From NCBI GenBank assembly GCA_963712745.1, contig CAVQJC010000010.1:96001-160000 (forward strand): a stretch of DNA of 64,000 nt, given 5' to 3'. Shown here piece after piece: positions 42,882-52,968 of this stretch (position 1 is its first letter; each line of letters begins with the position of its first letter). The position numbers were made by a program, and so were the translations under genes. The DNA is from an uncultured Chloroflexia bacterium. GTDB lineage: Bacteria > Chloroflexota > Limnocylindria > Limnocylindrales > CSP1-4. The notes beneath the pieces were generated by a model. It worked only from the letters and a program-made list of their open reading frames with translations. It did not search any database and was not told where the DNA came from.

Positions 42882-43424
42882 TTACTGGAGCTGGTCACGG
42901 ATGCCGGCCAGGGCGGCCAGGCGAGGATCGATCGGATCATCAGGGTGCGCGTGAGCGGGATCATCGGCGAGGTCCGCGCCGCACGTCTCGCACAGGCCGG
43001 GGCAGTCGGGCCGGCACAACGGGGCGATCGGCTCTGCCAGCGAGATGGCGTCGCGGATGACCGGCTCCAAGTCCAGTTCGTGGTGGTCGGACACGCGCAG
43101 CACATCGGCCTCGGCGATGCTCGCAGGAGCTCCGCTCTCGAGGTCGACCGAGGGTAGCGCCTCTTCCTCCAGCTCCACCGCGACCGAAGCCTGGGCCGGC
43201 CGGAGGCAGCGCGAGCAGCGCTCGGCGAGGGCGGTCTGCAGGTGCCCCTGGACCAGCACGCTCCGGCCGGAGTGCGTCAGGCGTACTTCGCCTGTGACCG
43301 GTCGCGCCAGTTCGACCCCGTCTGCCATCGACAGCCCGGAGACCGCGATGTCGAAACGTTCGCTGGTGCCGGGTGCCGAGCGCAGCAGGTCGGCGACGTT
43401 AAAGCTGAGCATGCGTCCGCTCAT
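42882..43424 (-). CDS. yceD: YceD/DUF177 family protein
   Basis: FNVADLL, CSRCL, ELDLEP, LCRPDCPGLCETCG, IDPRLAAL; upstream of rpmF. Confidence 0.92.
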   Translation of the reverse strand: MSGRMLSFNVADLLRSAPGTSERFDIAVSGLSMADGVELARPVTGEVRLTHSGRSVLVQGHLQTALAERCSRCLRPAQASVAVELEEEALPSVDLESGAPASIAEADVLRVSDHHELDLEPVIRDAISLAEPIAPLCRPDCPGLCETCGADLADDPAHAHPDDPIDPRLAALAGIRDQLQ

Positions 43425-43917
43425 CGGTCGCGGACTCGGCGTCGGCTTCGACGGGTTCGCTGCCGTCGGCCGGGTAGCGCTCGTCGAGGGCGGAGAGGCC
43501 GCGGCGGATGGATTGGAGGGCCTTGACGACTTCGCCCTCGAGCTTGACCAGCACGTTGGCGGCGTAGGCGTCGGCGCCTTGCTGGATCTCCTGTGCCTCG
43601 CCCCGGGCCTCCTCGATGATCTCCTCCGAGCGCTGCTCTGCGGCACGCGTGAGCTCGCGCTCCTCGATGAGGAAGGCGGCCTGCTCCTGGGCCCGGGCGA
43701 TGATGCGCTCGGCCTCGTCCTGCGCACGCTCGACGAGACGGCTGGACTCCTCGTTGATTCGCTTGGCCTGGCGGACCTCCTCGGGTACGGCCACACGCAG
43801 CTGCTCGATGAGATCGGTGGCAGCCACCTTGTCGACCATCACGGCATTGGTGCCGGGGAATCGGCGACCTTGCTCGACGAGAGCATCGAGTCGCTCGATG
43901 AGGAACATGAGGTCTAT
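43399..43917 (-). CDS. Conserved coiled-coil protein downstream of coaD (DivIVA/SepIVA-like); start ATA 43917 or ATG 43908
   Basis: LIERLDALV...VMVDK...LRVAVPEEVRQAK...GADAYA; conserved position between coaD and yceD. Confidence 0.75.
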   Translation of the reverse strand: MDLMFLIERLDALVEQGRRFPGTNAVMVDKVAATDLIEQLRVAVPEEVRQAKRINEESSRLVERAQDEAERIIARAQEQAAFLIEERELTRAAEQRSEEIIEEARGEAQEIQQGADAYAANVLVKLEGEVVKALQSIRRGLSALDERYPADGSEPVEADAESATDERTHAQL

Positions 43918-44047
43918 GGCACGGACTCCTGTGGACAGGGAAGGACGACTGAGGATTGTAGCGAACCTTCCATGCTCGCCCTACTGTAGCGGAAGCGTCG
44001 AGAGCCCCGTCGCGGCCGAGCCCCCCGACATCGCCCCCTGGCCTGCC

Positions 44048-44548
44048 CTAGCCGCGGTCGCGGCCCTGCAGCCGGCGCGCGACCGAGTCGGGGACCATGG
44101 CGCTGAGATCTCCGCCGAAGGCGGCGATCTCACGCACCAGACTGGAGCTGAGATAGGCGTGCTCGATGCCGGTCATGAAGAAGACGGTGTCGATCTCCGG
44201 CGCCAGCTGGTGGTTGAGATGCGCGATGGCTTGCTCGCTCTCGAAGTCGGACAGAGCCCGCAGGCCCCGCACGATCGAGGTTGCGCCGCGCTCGCGGGCA
44301 AGATCGACGGTGAGCCCCTCGTAGGTGATGACCTCGATGCCGCTCGCGGCCTCCTCGGTCATCTCCTCGGCGATGGCGGCCCGGATCAACTCCGCGCGCT
44401 CGGCGGCGGGGATGCTCGGCGTCTTGCGAGTATTGACCAGCACGGCCACCACCAGCCGGTCGAAGACCACGGCCGCACGCTCGATGATGTCGACGTGCCC
44501 ACGGGTGATGGGGTCGAACGACCCCGGATAGACGGCCAGGCGCATCAA
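44048..44548 (-). CDS. coaD: Phosphopantetheine adenylyltransferase
   Basis: YPGSFDPITRGH, VRGLR, DFESE, LSSSLVRE. Confidence 0.97.
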   Translation of the reverse strand: MMRLAVYPGSFDPITRGHVDIIERAAVVFDRLVVAVLVNTRKTPSIPAAERAELIRAAIAEEMTEEAASGIEVITYEGLTVDLARERGATSIVRGLRALSDFESEQAIAHLNHQLAPEIDTVFFMTGIEHAYLSSSLVREIAAFGGDLSAMVPDSVARRLQGRDRG

Positions 44549-45153
44549 CGACCTCCCTCGGCGTGTTCTGGATGGCGACGATACACGCTCAGGGCGGTCT
44601 CGCCGAAGCGCCGCTCGCGCATGCGCTCCAGGCTGGCGATGCGTGGCGGCGGCGCGTCCTTCCAGAAATGCTTGGCCACGATGACCACTTCCGGGTCGAT
44701 CCAGCCGGAGCCGGCCCGGGCCAGCAGCTCGAGCGCGGCCAGCAGATCCGCAACCTGCGCATAGGGCGGATCCAGCACGACGCAGCCGAAGGGCGCCTCC
44801 GGTGCTGCCCGGGCGCCATCGGCGAGGAATGCCAGGACGCCGCGACGCACGACCCGAGCGTCATGGCCCAGCTGGGTCCGTTCCAGGTTGCGCTGGATGA
44901 CCGCGGTGGTGCGGCCGTCCTTCTCGACCAGCACGGCCGACGGCGCTCCGCGGCTGAGCGCCTCGATGCCGGCCGCGCCGGAGCCGGCGAAGAGATCGAG
45001 CATGGGCCGGGCCCAGATGTCGGCGCGCTCAGCTTCGGCCATGGAGAAGAGGGCCTGCTTGACCTTGTCGCTCAGGGGCCGAGTGCCCGGTCCCGGGGCC
45101 TCGAGCCGCAGGCCGCCGGCGACGCCGGTGATGACCCGGCCGGCGTCAGGCAC
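44545..45153 (-). CDS. rsmD: 16S rRNA m2G966 methyltransferase
   Basis: RVITG, TRPLSDKVKQALF, LDLFAGSG, LDPPY. GTG start 45153 inferred. Confidence 0.93.
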   Translation of the reverse strand: MPDAGRVITGVAGGLRLEAPGPGTRPLSDKVKQALFSMAEAERADIWARPMLDLFAGSGAAGIEALSRGAPSAVLVEKDGRTTAVIQRNLERTQLGHDARVVRRGVLAFLADGARAAPEAPFGCVVLDPPYAQVADLLAALELLARAGSGWIDPEVVIVAKHFWKDAPPPRIASLERMRERRFGETALSVYRRHPEHAEGGR

Positions 45154-47368
45154 CCACCGCCTCCTCGTCGGCGCCCTCGCCCGCAGCGATAGCCGCCAGC
45201 CAACCCGTCTCAAGCTCGCGCGCCAGGGCCTCGTGCTCCGGGGCCAGACGACCGTGCTCGTCGACGAGTGACTCGGCCACTTCGCGACATAGCACCGCCA
45301 GCTCCCGGTCCTCCTCGTTCGTGAGCGAGGCCAGGCGCATCCGCGGCAGGCCGCTCTGGGTCAACCCCAGCACGTCGCCCTCGCCGCGCAAGCGCCAGTC
45401 TTCCTCGGCCAGCTCGAAGCCATCGTTCGAGTCGTGGATGGCCTTGAGTCGTGCGCGGGCGGTCGTGTCCTCGCCCACCTCGGCCACCAGTACGCAGTAC
45501 GACTGAGCCGTACCCCGACCCACGCGTCCTCGTAGCTGGTGCAGCTGCGACAGCCCGAAGCGGTCGGCATTGAGCACGATCATCAGCGTGGCCTCGGGCA
45601 CGTCGACCCCGACCTCGACCACCGTCGTGCCCACCAGCACATCGAGCTCGCCGTCTCGGAAGCGGCCCATCTCGGCATCGCGATCATCGGCGCGCATACG
45701 GCCGTGGACGAGACCCACCTTCAGCGGCGCCAGTCGTGCCCGCAAGCGGGCGGCCACCTCCTCGGCGCCGCGGGCCTCGTCGTGCCCGTCCGCCGCCGGC
45801 AGCGAGGGCGGTAGCTCGGCGGCATCATCGCCCTCGTCGGAGCCCTGTGGGTCGATGTGCGGTACGACCACGAAGGTGCGGTGTCCCGCCGCGGCTTCCT
45901 TGCGCACCTGGGCCCAGGTGGTCTCAAGATCGTGGGACGGCTTCACGCCCGTCAGGGTGGTGGGACGGCCCGACGGGGCCGAGCGCAGGTCGGAGACATC
46001 GAGATCGGCGTACAGCACCTGACCCAGAGTGCGCGGGATGGGCGTGGCCGTCATCAGCAGCACGTGGGGCGAGATGCCCTTGGCGGCGATGGCCTCACGC
46101 TGGGCCACCCCGAAGCGGTGCTGCTCGTCGACCACCACGAGGTCGAGTCGCGCATACGACACCGACTCCTGTAGCAGCGCGTGCGTGCCCACTACCACCT
46201 GGGCCTGCCCGTTGGCGATGGCTTCGTGGGCGGCCTTGCGTCCGGCTGTGCTCAGGGAGCCGGTCAGCAGCGTGACCGCGATGCCGGCGCGCGCAAGGAG
46301 ATCTCCGATGGTCTCGGCCAGCTGCCGGGCGAGCAGGTCGGTCGGCGCCAGCAGCGCGGCTTGCCCTCCACCGTGCGCAGCGAGGGCGAGGGCATAGGCC
46401 GCTACGGCCGTCTTGCCCGAGCCGACGTCGCCCTGGATGAGCCTCAGCATGGGCACGACCGCAGCCACGTCGGCGCGGACCGCGTCCATCGCTGCCGCCT
46501 GGTCCGGGGTCAGTCCCACTTCGCGGCCGACACGCCCGGACAGCCCTCGTGCGATGCCCCCGCGCAGCGACTGGTCTTCGGCGTCGGTGATCTTGAGGCC
46601 TGCCTTGACCCGCTCTTCGCGGCGCTGACGGCGGCGCTGGACCATGCCCACCTGCAGGGCCAGCAGTTCGTCGTGAGCCAGCCGCCGCACGGCTGCGTCG
46701 CGTTGCGCGAAGTCGTCGGGATAGTGGGCTGCGGTGATGGCTGCGCGGATCGAGGGCTGGCCGCCACGGATGCGCCCCGGCAAGTAGTCCGGCTCGAGCA
46801 GCTGGCCGTAGCGGTCGAGGCCAGCGCGGATGGCGGCGCGCAGGGTGCGCGCGGTGACGCCAGCGGTCAGCCGGTAGATGGGCACGATGCGGCCCGCGTG
46901 CAGCAGGTCGCCGCCGTCGTCGCGCTGGAAATCGGGGTTGTCCAGCTGCGGGCGCCAACCGCGCAGCTTCACCTTGCCGCTGAGCACCAGCCTGTCCCCT
47001 TCGCCGATCTGGCGCTCGATGAACCGACGTCCGAACCACACCGCCTCCACCTCTGCACCGTCCTGCTGCAGGACCGCGATCGTCCGCTGCACGCGGCGAC
47101 GGAAGGTCTTCTCCACGCGCAGCGAGTCGACCGTGGCGCGGACCGTGACGGGCGTCTTCGGATCCAACTGCGGGAGACGCGCCACGGGCGTGAACTCACG
47201 CAGGTCCTCGTAGCGCTTGGGGAACGTGGTGACCAGATCTCGCACGGTCTCGATGCCCATGCGCCGGCCGTGGCGCCGCAGCACACTGGCGCCGGGAAGC
47301 CCGGAGCGGCCGATGGGCGTCTCGAGTCCGGAGCCGGACGGTGCCGCCGCGCCGGAGGCTCGGGCCAC
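45146..47368 (-). CDS. recG: ATP-dependent DNA helicase RecG
   Basis: QGDVGSGKT, DEQHRFG, MTATPIPRTL, LHQLRGRVGRG, RGEGD. Confidence 0.97.
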   Translation of the reverse strand: MARASGAAAPSGSGLETPIGRSGLPGASVLRRHGRRMGIETVRDLVTTFPKRYEDLREFTPVARLPQLDPKTPVTVRATVDSLRVEKTFRRRVQRTIAVLQQDGAEVEAVWFGRRFIERQIGEGDRLVLSGKVKLRGWRPQLDNPDFQRDDGGDLLHAGRIVPIYRLTAGVTARTLRAAIRAGLDRYGQLLEPDYLPGRIRGGQPSIRAAITAAHYPDDFAQRDAAVRRLAHDELLALQVGMVQRRRQRREERVKAGLKITDAEDQSLRGGIARGLSGRVGREVGLTPDQAAAMDAVRADVAAVVPMLRLIQGDVGSGKTAVAAYALALAAHGGGQAALLAPTDLLARQLAETIGDLLARAGIAVTLLTGSLSTAGRKAAHEAIANGQAQVVVGTHALLQESVSYARLDLVVVDEQHRFGVAQREAIAAKGISPHVLLMTATPIPRTLGQVLYADLDVSDLRSAPSGRPTTLTGVKPSHDLETTWAQVRKEAAAGHRTFVVVPHIDPQGSDEGDDAAELPPSLPAADGHDEARGAEEVAARLRARLAPLKVGLVHGRMRADDRDAEMGRFRDGELDVLVGTTVVEVGVDVPEATLMIVLNADRFGLSQLHQLRGRVGRGTAQSYCVLVAEVGEDTTARARLKAIHDSNDGFELAEEDWRLRGEGDVLGLTQSGLPRMRLASLTNEEDRELAVLCREVAESLVDEHGRLAPEHEALARELETGWLAAIAAGEGADEEAVGA

Positions 47369-47371
47369 GCG

Positions 47372-49153
47372 CTATTCGACCGCGACCAGGAGGTGGTCGT
47401 GCGGCTGGCCCCCCTCGACGAGCTCCACCTCGGCGCCGAAACCGGCCAGCTCGATGCGCTCACACAGGTCCATCTGGCGGCCGGGCGTCTCGCCCCGGCC
47501 GCAGTAGAGGGTCACCAGCTCGATGTCCTCGAAGGTGGCCAGGGCCTTGAGCGTCACCGCCTCCACGTCGTCTCCGGCAGCCAGCAGGTGACGGTCAGCG
47601 TCGAGCGCCAGGATCTGGCCTTCGCGCACCGGCTCGCCGTCGACCACCGAGTCCTTGGCCGCGGTGGTGACACGGAAGGAGCGGATCAGGGTCGACTCCG
47701 CGGTCATGCGCTCGAGATTGGCCTCCAGATCGGCGGCGGGATCGAAGGCGATGGCGGCGGCGATGCCCTCGGCAGCGTTGCGGGTGGGGATCACCTGCAC
47801 GCGAACCATCGGCGTCAGCTCGGCCGCCTGGCCCGCGGCCAGTACGGCATCGCGGTCGTTGGGCAGCACGATGACCTGCAAGGCACCGGCAGCCAGGATG
47901 CCCTCGGCGATCTCGCCCACCGACGGTCGAGTGCCGTGGCCGGGACGGACGATGCGGGCACCGAGCGATCGGAGGACCCGGGCCAGTCCGTCCGCGCCGG
48001 TGACGGCCACGATGGCAGTCGTGGCCGCGTCCGTGCGCCCGACCGTGGGGTTCTCCGCTGGACCTTCGGCCTCCGTCGGCCCGGCCGCGGGCTCGGGCGC
48101 AGGCTCGTCCGCCGCGCCGGCGGCCCCGGTCCCCTCGGCGCGGGCAGGGTTGTGGGCGACCTGATCGTCCAGGTCGAGGACCTCGACCTGGCTGAGGCGG
48201 CCCCAGCGCAGGCCGGCCGCGATGGCCAAGTCCGGCCGCTCCCCGTGGACGTGCACGCGCGTGAGGCCCTCGTCGCCGGCCACCACCACCGAGTCCCCCA
48301 CGGCCAGGATGGCTTCGCGCAAGGCGGCCACGTCGATGCCACGTTCGGGTGACGTCAGCATGTACTGCGTCTCGTAGCCGTGTTCATCGGTAACCGCCTG
48401 GCCCTCATGTCCATGAAGGCGAGCGGCACCCTCGCTGGCAGCTGCCGAGGCCTCCCTCGCGGCGGCCACCGGCGTTGGACCGGACGGTGTCGTGGGCGCC
48501 CGCGCCATGCGTCGCGCGAGAGTGGCTCGACGATCCGCCTCGACCTGGAGCATGCCCTCGAGCACGCGATAGAGGCCCTGCCCGCCCGAATCGACGACGC
48601 CGGCGTCCTCCAGGACCGGCAACAGCGTGGGCGTGCGCTGCACCGAGCTGGCGGCAGCCTCGATGACGTCAGCCAGCACCGCCTCCACGTGGGGCTGCCG
48701 TCCGGCCGCCGCCTCGGCCGCGTCAGCGGCGTCACGGATGACCGTCAGGATCGTGCCCTCGACCGGCGTGAGCACCGACTCGTAGGCCACGTCGGAGCCC
48801 TTGCGCAGACCCTGGGCGAACTCGATGCCACTGGCACGCTGGCGCCCATCGGCCCCGTGGGTCATGCCCCGGATGATCTGCGAGAGGATGACCCCGCTGT
48901 TGCCGCGGGCGCCGGTCAGGGCCCCACGGCTGAGGGCCTCCGCCACGGAGTCGAGGTCCCGCCCATCCTCCGGCAACGAGTTGGCCTCGGCCAGGGCGGA
49001 GCGCATGGTGGCCAGCATGTTGGATCCCGTGTCCCCGTCGGGAACAGGAAAGACGTTGAGCGAGTCGATCTCGTCCACGTGCCGCTCGAGGTTGCGGGTG
49101 GCGGCCTCGACCGCGCGAAGGAGCGTCGGCCCGTCGACATAGAGGCGGGTCAT
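47372..49153 (-). CDS. fakA: DAK2-domain fatty acid kinase subunit (FakA/YloV)
   Basis: LNVFPVPDGDTGSNM, GARGNSGVILSQ, PVEGTILTV, VVDSGG, HVH, ILPN-like, GGQP. Confidence 0.9.
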   Translation of the reverse strand: MTRLYVDGPTLLRAVEAATRNLERHVDEIDSLNVFPVPDGDTGSNMLATMRSALAEANSLPEDGRDLDSVAEALSRGALTGARGNSGVILSQIIRGMTHGADGRQRASGIEFAQGLRKGSDVAYESVLTPVEGTILTVIRDAADAAEAAAGRQPHVEAVLADVIEAAASSVQRTPTLLPVLEDAGVVDSGGQGLYRVLEGMLQVEADRRATLARRMARAPTTPSGPTPVAAAREASAAASEGAARLHGHEGQAVTDEHGYETQYMLTSPERGIDVAALREAILAVGDSVVVAGDEGLTRVHVHGERPDLAIAAGLRWGRLSQVEVLDLDDQVAHNPARAEGTGAAGAADEPAPEPAAGPTEAEGPAENPTVGRTDAATTAIVAVTGADGLARVLRSLGARIVRPGHGTRPSVGEIAEGILAAGALQVIVLPNDRDAVLAAGQAAELTPMVRVQVIPTRNAAEGIAAAIAFDPAADLEANLERMTAESTLIRSFRVTTAAKDSVVDGEPVREGQILALDADRHLLAAGDDVEAVTLKALATFEDIELVTLYCGRGETPGRQMDLCERIELAGFGAEVELVEGGQPHDHLLVAVE

Positions 49154-49243
49154 GACAGCGTCTTCAACACCCGCTGCGGGCAACCGGTCAGGGCGTTCCT
49201 AGGGCATGGCACGGGTCGGCTCCCTCCGTTCTCGCGAGGCCGA

Positions 49244-49252
49244 TGGTATAGT
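49244..49252 (+). promoter_or_regulatory. Extended -10 (TGgTATAGT) for rpmB
   Basis: TGn+TATAGT about 60 nt before the rpmB ATG. Confidence 0.6.
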
Positions 49253-49311
49253 ACGCGGCCGTGCGGTCGTCACTCGACCCGCCCCCATTTCATGCATTCC
49301 TGAGGAAGATC

Positions 49312-49509
49312 ATGGCTCGCTCCTGCGCGAAGTGCGGCAAGGCCTCCATGGGCGGCTACAACCCCCAGTCGTCTGGGATGAACCGTGTCCGTGCCCGTCG
49401 TCGCTACAACGTCAACCTGCAGCAGCTCAAGGTCTACGAAGGCGGTCAGGTCACGCGTACGCTCATCTGCACGCGCTGCCGCCGCACGATGATGAAGTCC
49501 GCCTCCTAG
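49312..49509 (+). CDS. rpmB: 50S ribosomal protein L28 (Zn-ribbon form)
   Basis: MARSCAKCGK...RRYNVNLQ...ICTRC; divergent from the DAK2 gene; RBS GAGGA. Confidence 0.93.
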   Translation: MARSCAKCGKASMGGYNPQSSGMNRVRARRRYNVNLQQLKVYEGGQVTRTLICTRCRRTMMKSAS

Positions 49510-49519
49510 GCGCGACCTC

Positions 49520-50392
49520 TCAGGCTTCGTAGCCGAGCTCCCGCAACCGCGGCCCGCAGAGCCGCTCGACCTCGCGCTGCTCGGCCGCATCGAGGTCCGC
49601 GCGCCAGCGCCCCACCGAGGCCCCACTCACGGCACCCTCGTAATCGGGGCGCTTCGTCTGCCCTGCATCAGCATCGTCCTCGCGCCGCCCGGCGCGCGCC
49701 AGCCACTCACCGTCGGGCGCGACGCCGACACCGTCGCAGATGGCCCGCAGCACCGGCCCGGGATCGGCCACCAGGTCCTCGTAGCGGACCTCGACGTAGC
49801 GAGGGTCGTCGCGCCAGGCCATGCCGCTGGCGGTGTCATCCAGCCAGCGCGTTGCGTACCACTCGAGCGAGCGTGGGACCAGCACCTTCTGCCATCGGCC
49901 GTCCACCCAGCGCCAGTCGGGATGCTGGCGCATGGAGCAGATGACGTCACGCCCGTCGCGGACGATGTGGACGACCGATGCCTTCGGCCAGCGGGCCAGG
50001 ATCCAGTCGAGGTGGCGGATGTTCTGGGGTGTCTTCTCGGCCCAGCGCTCCTTGCCCCGGTCGGCTCGGACCCGTGCCGCGAAGTCGTCCACGAAGGCTG
50101 ACTGGGAGCGAGCGGAGCGGCGCATCCCCTCCAGCTCCACGAGCGGGATCTGGTACGACCGAGCCAGCCACTCGAGATTGAAGGCGGCGGGCACGAAGAG
50201 CTTCGTCTCGGCCCCGGAGCAGACCGCGGGGTGCCGGTCGAACAGTCGGCGCAGCACCGTCGTGCCGCTGCGCGGAGCGCCGCCCATGACGATGTGCCGC
50301 TCCTCGGAGCGATGGCCAGCCATCCGCCACCGTCGCTGACGCAAGCGCTCGAGGCGATTGCGCATCCGGGTCCGGACTGGGCTGCCGGCCAC
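49520..50392 (-). CDS. PAPS-dependent sulfotransferase (Sulfotransfer_3-like)
   Basis: GGAPRSGTT, WAEKTP, IVRDGRDV, RYEDLVADP, SVGRWR. Confidence 0.88.
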   Translation of the reverse strand: MAGSPVRTRMRNRLERLRQRRWRMAGHRSEERHIVMGGAPRSGTTVLRRLFDRHPAVCSGAETKLFVPAAFNLEWLARSYQIPLVELEGMRRSARSQSAFVDDFAARVRADRGKERWAEKTPQNIRHLDWILARWPKASVVHIVRDGRDVICSMRQHPDWRWVDGRWQKVLVPRSLEWYATRWLDDTASGMAWRDDPRYVEVRYEDLVADPGPVLRAICDGVGVAPDGEWLARAGRREDDADAGQTKRPDYEGAVSGASVGRWRADLDAAEQREVERLCGPRLRELGYEA

Positions 50393-50393
50393 G

Positions 50394-50837
50394 TCAGGCG
50401 TCGCTGTCGAGCCAGATGGTCATGGGTCCGTCGTTGACCAGCTCCACCTGCATCTCGGCGCCGAACTCGCCGCGACCGACCTCGACGCCGCGCGACTCGA
50501 CCGCTCGCGCGAAGACCTCCACCAGCTCCTCGGCCACATCGGGCGCGGCCGCCTGGATGAACGAGGGCCGCCGGCCCTTGCGCGTGTCGCCGTAGAGGGT
50601 GAACTGGCTGACCACCAGCATCGCGCCGCCGACGTCGGCCAGCGACCTGTTCGTGCGACCCTCGTCGTCGCGGAAGATGCGCAGGTCGACCGATCTGGTG
50701 GCCAGCGCCTGGGCCACCGCCGGGGTGTCGCCCGGTCCGACTCCGACCAGCGTCATGAGGCCCGGGCCGATGGACCCGCGAACCGCATCGGCCACGCTGA
50801 CCTGGGCCCGGGTTACGCGCTGCAGCAGGACCCGCAT
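50394..50837 (-). CDS. dtd: D-aminoacyl-tRNA deacylase
   Basis: LQRV, LRIF, VSQFTLYG, KGRRPSF, NDGPMT. Confidence 0.97.
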   Translation of the reverse strand: MRVLLQRVTRAQVSVADAVRGSIGPGLMTLVGVGPGDTPAVAQALATRSVDLRIFRDDEGRTNRSLADVGGAMLVVSQFTLYGDTRKGRRPSFIQAAAPDVAEELVEVFARAVESRGVEVGRGEFGAEMQVELVNDGPMTIWLDSDA

Positions 50838-50840
50838 CGC

Positions 50841-51617
50841 TCAGCGCGCGGCGGCGGCGTCGTGCGTGGAGGTAGTGAAGGGATCAGCCGGGCCACGGTC
50901 CCGGCTCTCGACTTCGGCCGGACCGGCCTCGAACCCGCGCTGGGCAAGCTCCCTGACCAGCTCGACCTCGTCGGAGGCGTCGCTGCCGCGCTGGAAGAGG
51001 GCGGAGCCGACGATGCACACGTCGATGCCGTGGCTGCCCACGAGCTCGGCCGTCCTGCTATTCACGCCGCCGTCGACATGGACCAGGCCGCCGCGGCCGG
51101 CGGCAGCCAGTTTGGCGCGCGCCTGGGCGATCTTGGGCGCCGTCTCGGGGATGAAACCCTGACCGCCCCAGCCGGGGTACACGCTCATGATCATGATGAC
51201 CTCGAGTTCGTCCAGCCACGGATCGACCGCCGAGACCGGGGTGTCCGGGCTCACGGCCAGGCCGGCTCCCTGCCCGGCCGCGTGGATGGCGGCGATGGCA
51301 GCGCTCTTCTGCTCGGCCGGTTCCTCGCTCTCCACGTGGAAGCTGATCGTCTCTGGGCCGGCCTCGATGAAGCGCTGCATATAGCGGGCCGGCTGGCTGA
51401 TCATGAGATGGACGTCGAGGGGCATGTCGGTGAGCCGCCGGAAGGCCGTCACCACGTCCGGCCCGAAGGTGATGTTGTCGACGAAGTGCCCGTCCATGAC
51501 GTCGAGGTGCAGCCGGTCGGCCCCAGCGCGTTCCATCTTGTGCACGACGCGATCGAGGCGGCTGAAGTCGGCGTTGAGGATGCTGGCCGAGACCTGCACC
51601 TGGTGAGCATCCTTCAT
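50841..51617 (-). CDS. rpe: Ribulose-phosphate 3-epimerase
   Basis: SILNADF, HLDVMDGHFVDNITFG, DVHLM, VDGG. Confidence 0.96.
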   Translation of the reverse strand: MKDAHQVQVSASILNADFSRLDRVVHKMERAGADRLHLDVMDGHFVDNITFGPDVVTAFRRLTDMPLDVHLMISQPARYMQRFIEAGPETISFHVESEEPAEQKSAAIAAIHAAGQGAGLAVSPDTPVSAVDPWLDELEVIMIMSVYPGWGGQGFIPETAPKIAQARAKLAAAGRGGLVHVDGGVNSRTAELVGSHGIDVCIVGSALFQRGSDASDEVELVRELAQRGFEAGPAEVESRDRGPADPFTTSTHDAAAAR

Positions 51618-52882
51618 GCCGGGCTGCCCGACGGCAGGTCGCGATCCACGACGACCAGCGCGGCCGCGCTGCGGCGCTCGATGACGTCGCGGCGCCGCTG
51701 GACCGCCGCCGGCGCCGGCTCTCCCGCCTTCTCCGCGGCCAGCTGACCACAGGCCGCACCGATATCGAGGCCGCGATTGCGGCGGACGGTCGTGTGCAGA
51801 CCTACCGCCCTGAGCGTCGACGCGAAGGCCTCGACACGTTCGGGCGAGGAGGGCTGCCAGGGCGTGTGGGCGACCGGATTCATGGGGATGAGGTTGACGT
51901 GAGCGAGGCGTCCGCGCAGCAGATCGGCCGCGGCACGAGCGTCCGCCGGCGTGTCGTTGATGCGGTCGATCATGACCATCTCGTAGGTCACGCGGCGGCC
52001 GGTCGCGTCAGCGTAGGCCGTGGCCGCGGCCACGACATCATCGAGTGGGTACTTGCGGTTGAGCGGCACGAGCACGTCGCGCAGGTCGGGCCGGGCCGCG
52101 TGCAGGGAGACCGCCAGCTTGTACTGTCGCCGCAGCGAGGTCAGCCGCTCGATGCCCGGGACGACACCGCTGGTGGAGACCGTGATGTGGCGCTGACCAA
52201 GCCCGAACCGGTTGCCGTCGCTGAGCGCCGCGCAGGCCGCCAGCACCGCGTCGGGATTGAGCAGTGGCTCACCCATGCCCATGAAGACGATGTTGGTCAG
52301 GCGCCGGCCTTCGCCCGCCAGCTCGTTGCGCCAGTAACGTGCCTGGTCGATGATCTCCGAGGTGCGCAGGTCCCGCCACAGGCCCAGCTCACCGGTGGCG
52401 CAGAAAGGGCAGCCGACCGCACAGCCGGCCTGGCTGGAGATACACAGCGTGGTGCGCTCACGGCGCGAGCCGCGGGCCGGATAGCGCATGAGCACCGACT
52501 CCACCACGCGGCCGTCGTCGAGCGAGTGCAGGGCCTTGTCGGTAAGGCCGCCGTCTGCCTGCTTGCGCTCGGTACCGGTCAGCGTACAGAAGCGGTATGT
52601 CTCCTCGAGCGCCTGGCGCAGCGGGCCCGGCAGGGTGTGGATGTCATCGAATGACAGGGCCCGGCCTGACCACACGTGGTCGGCCAGCTGGCGAGCACGG
52701 AATGCCGCTTCGCCCCGGTCGGCGAACCACGAGAGCAGCTCCTGCGGCGACGCATCGGCGATGCCCGGTCGTTTGTCCTGGGGACCGCTGGCCGGCAGGT
52801 CGAGCAGCGGCAGGGCAGCGTCGGCGCCGTCCGCCGGGGTCAGGGCGGGTTCGGGCACAACGGCAGGATCGGGCTTGGGCAT
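51614..52882 (-). CDS. rlmN: 23S rRNA m2A2503 methyltransferase (radical SAM)
   Basis: CISSQAGCAVGCPFCATG, FMGMGEP, SLHA, IGAACGQL. Confidence 0.96.
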   Translation of the reverse strand: MPKPDPAVVPEPALTPADGADAALPLLDLPASGPQDKRPGIADASPQELLSWFADRGEAAFRARQLADHVWSGRALSFDDIHTLPGPLRQALEETYRFCTLTGTERKQADGGLTDKALHSLDDGRVVESVLMRYPARGSRRERTTLCISSQAGCAVGCPFCATGELGLWRDLRTSEIIDQARYWRNELAGEGRRLTNIVFMGMGEPLLNPDAVLAACAALSDGNRFGLGQRHITVSTSGVVPGIERLTSLRRQYKLAVSLHAARPDLRDVLVPLNRKYPLDDVVAAATAYADATGRRVTYEMVMIDRINDTPADARAAADLLRGRLAHVNLIPMNPVAHTPWQPSSPERVEAFASTLRAVGLHTTVRRNRGLDIGAACGQLAAEKAGEPAPAAVQRRRDVIERRSAAALVVVDRDLPSGSPA

Positions 52883-52968
52883 CGAGGCGGAATGGTACCC
52901 ACAAAGCGCAGATGTGGCCGTGGAGCGCCTGGGCGCGCTCGAGCCCCGAGGGGCGCAGCGGTCCAGAG

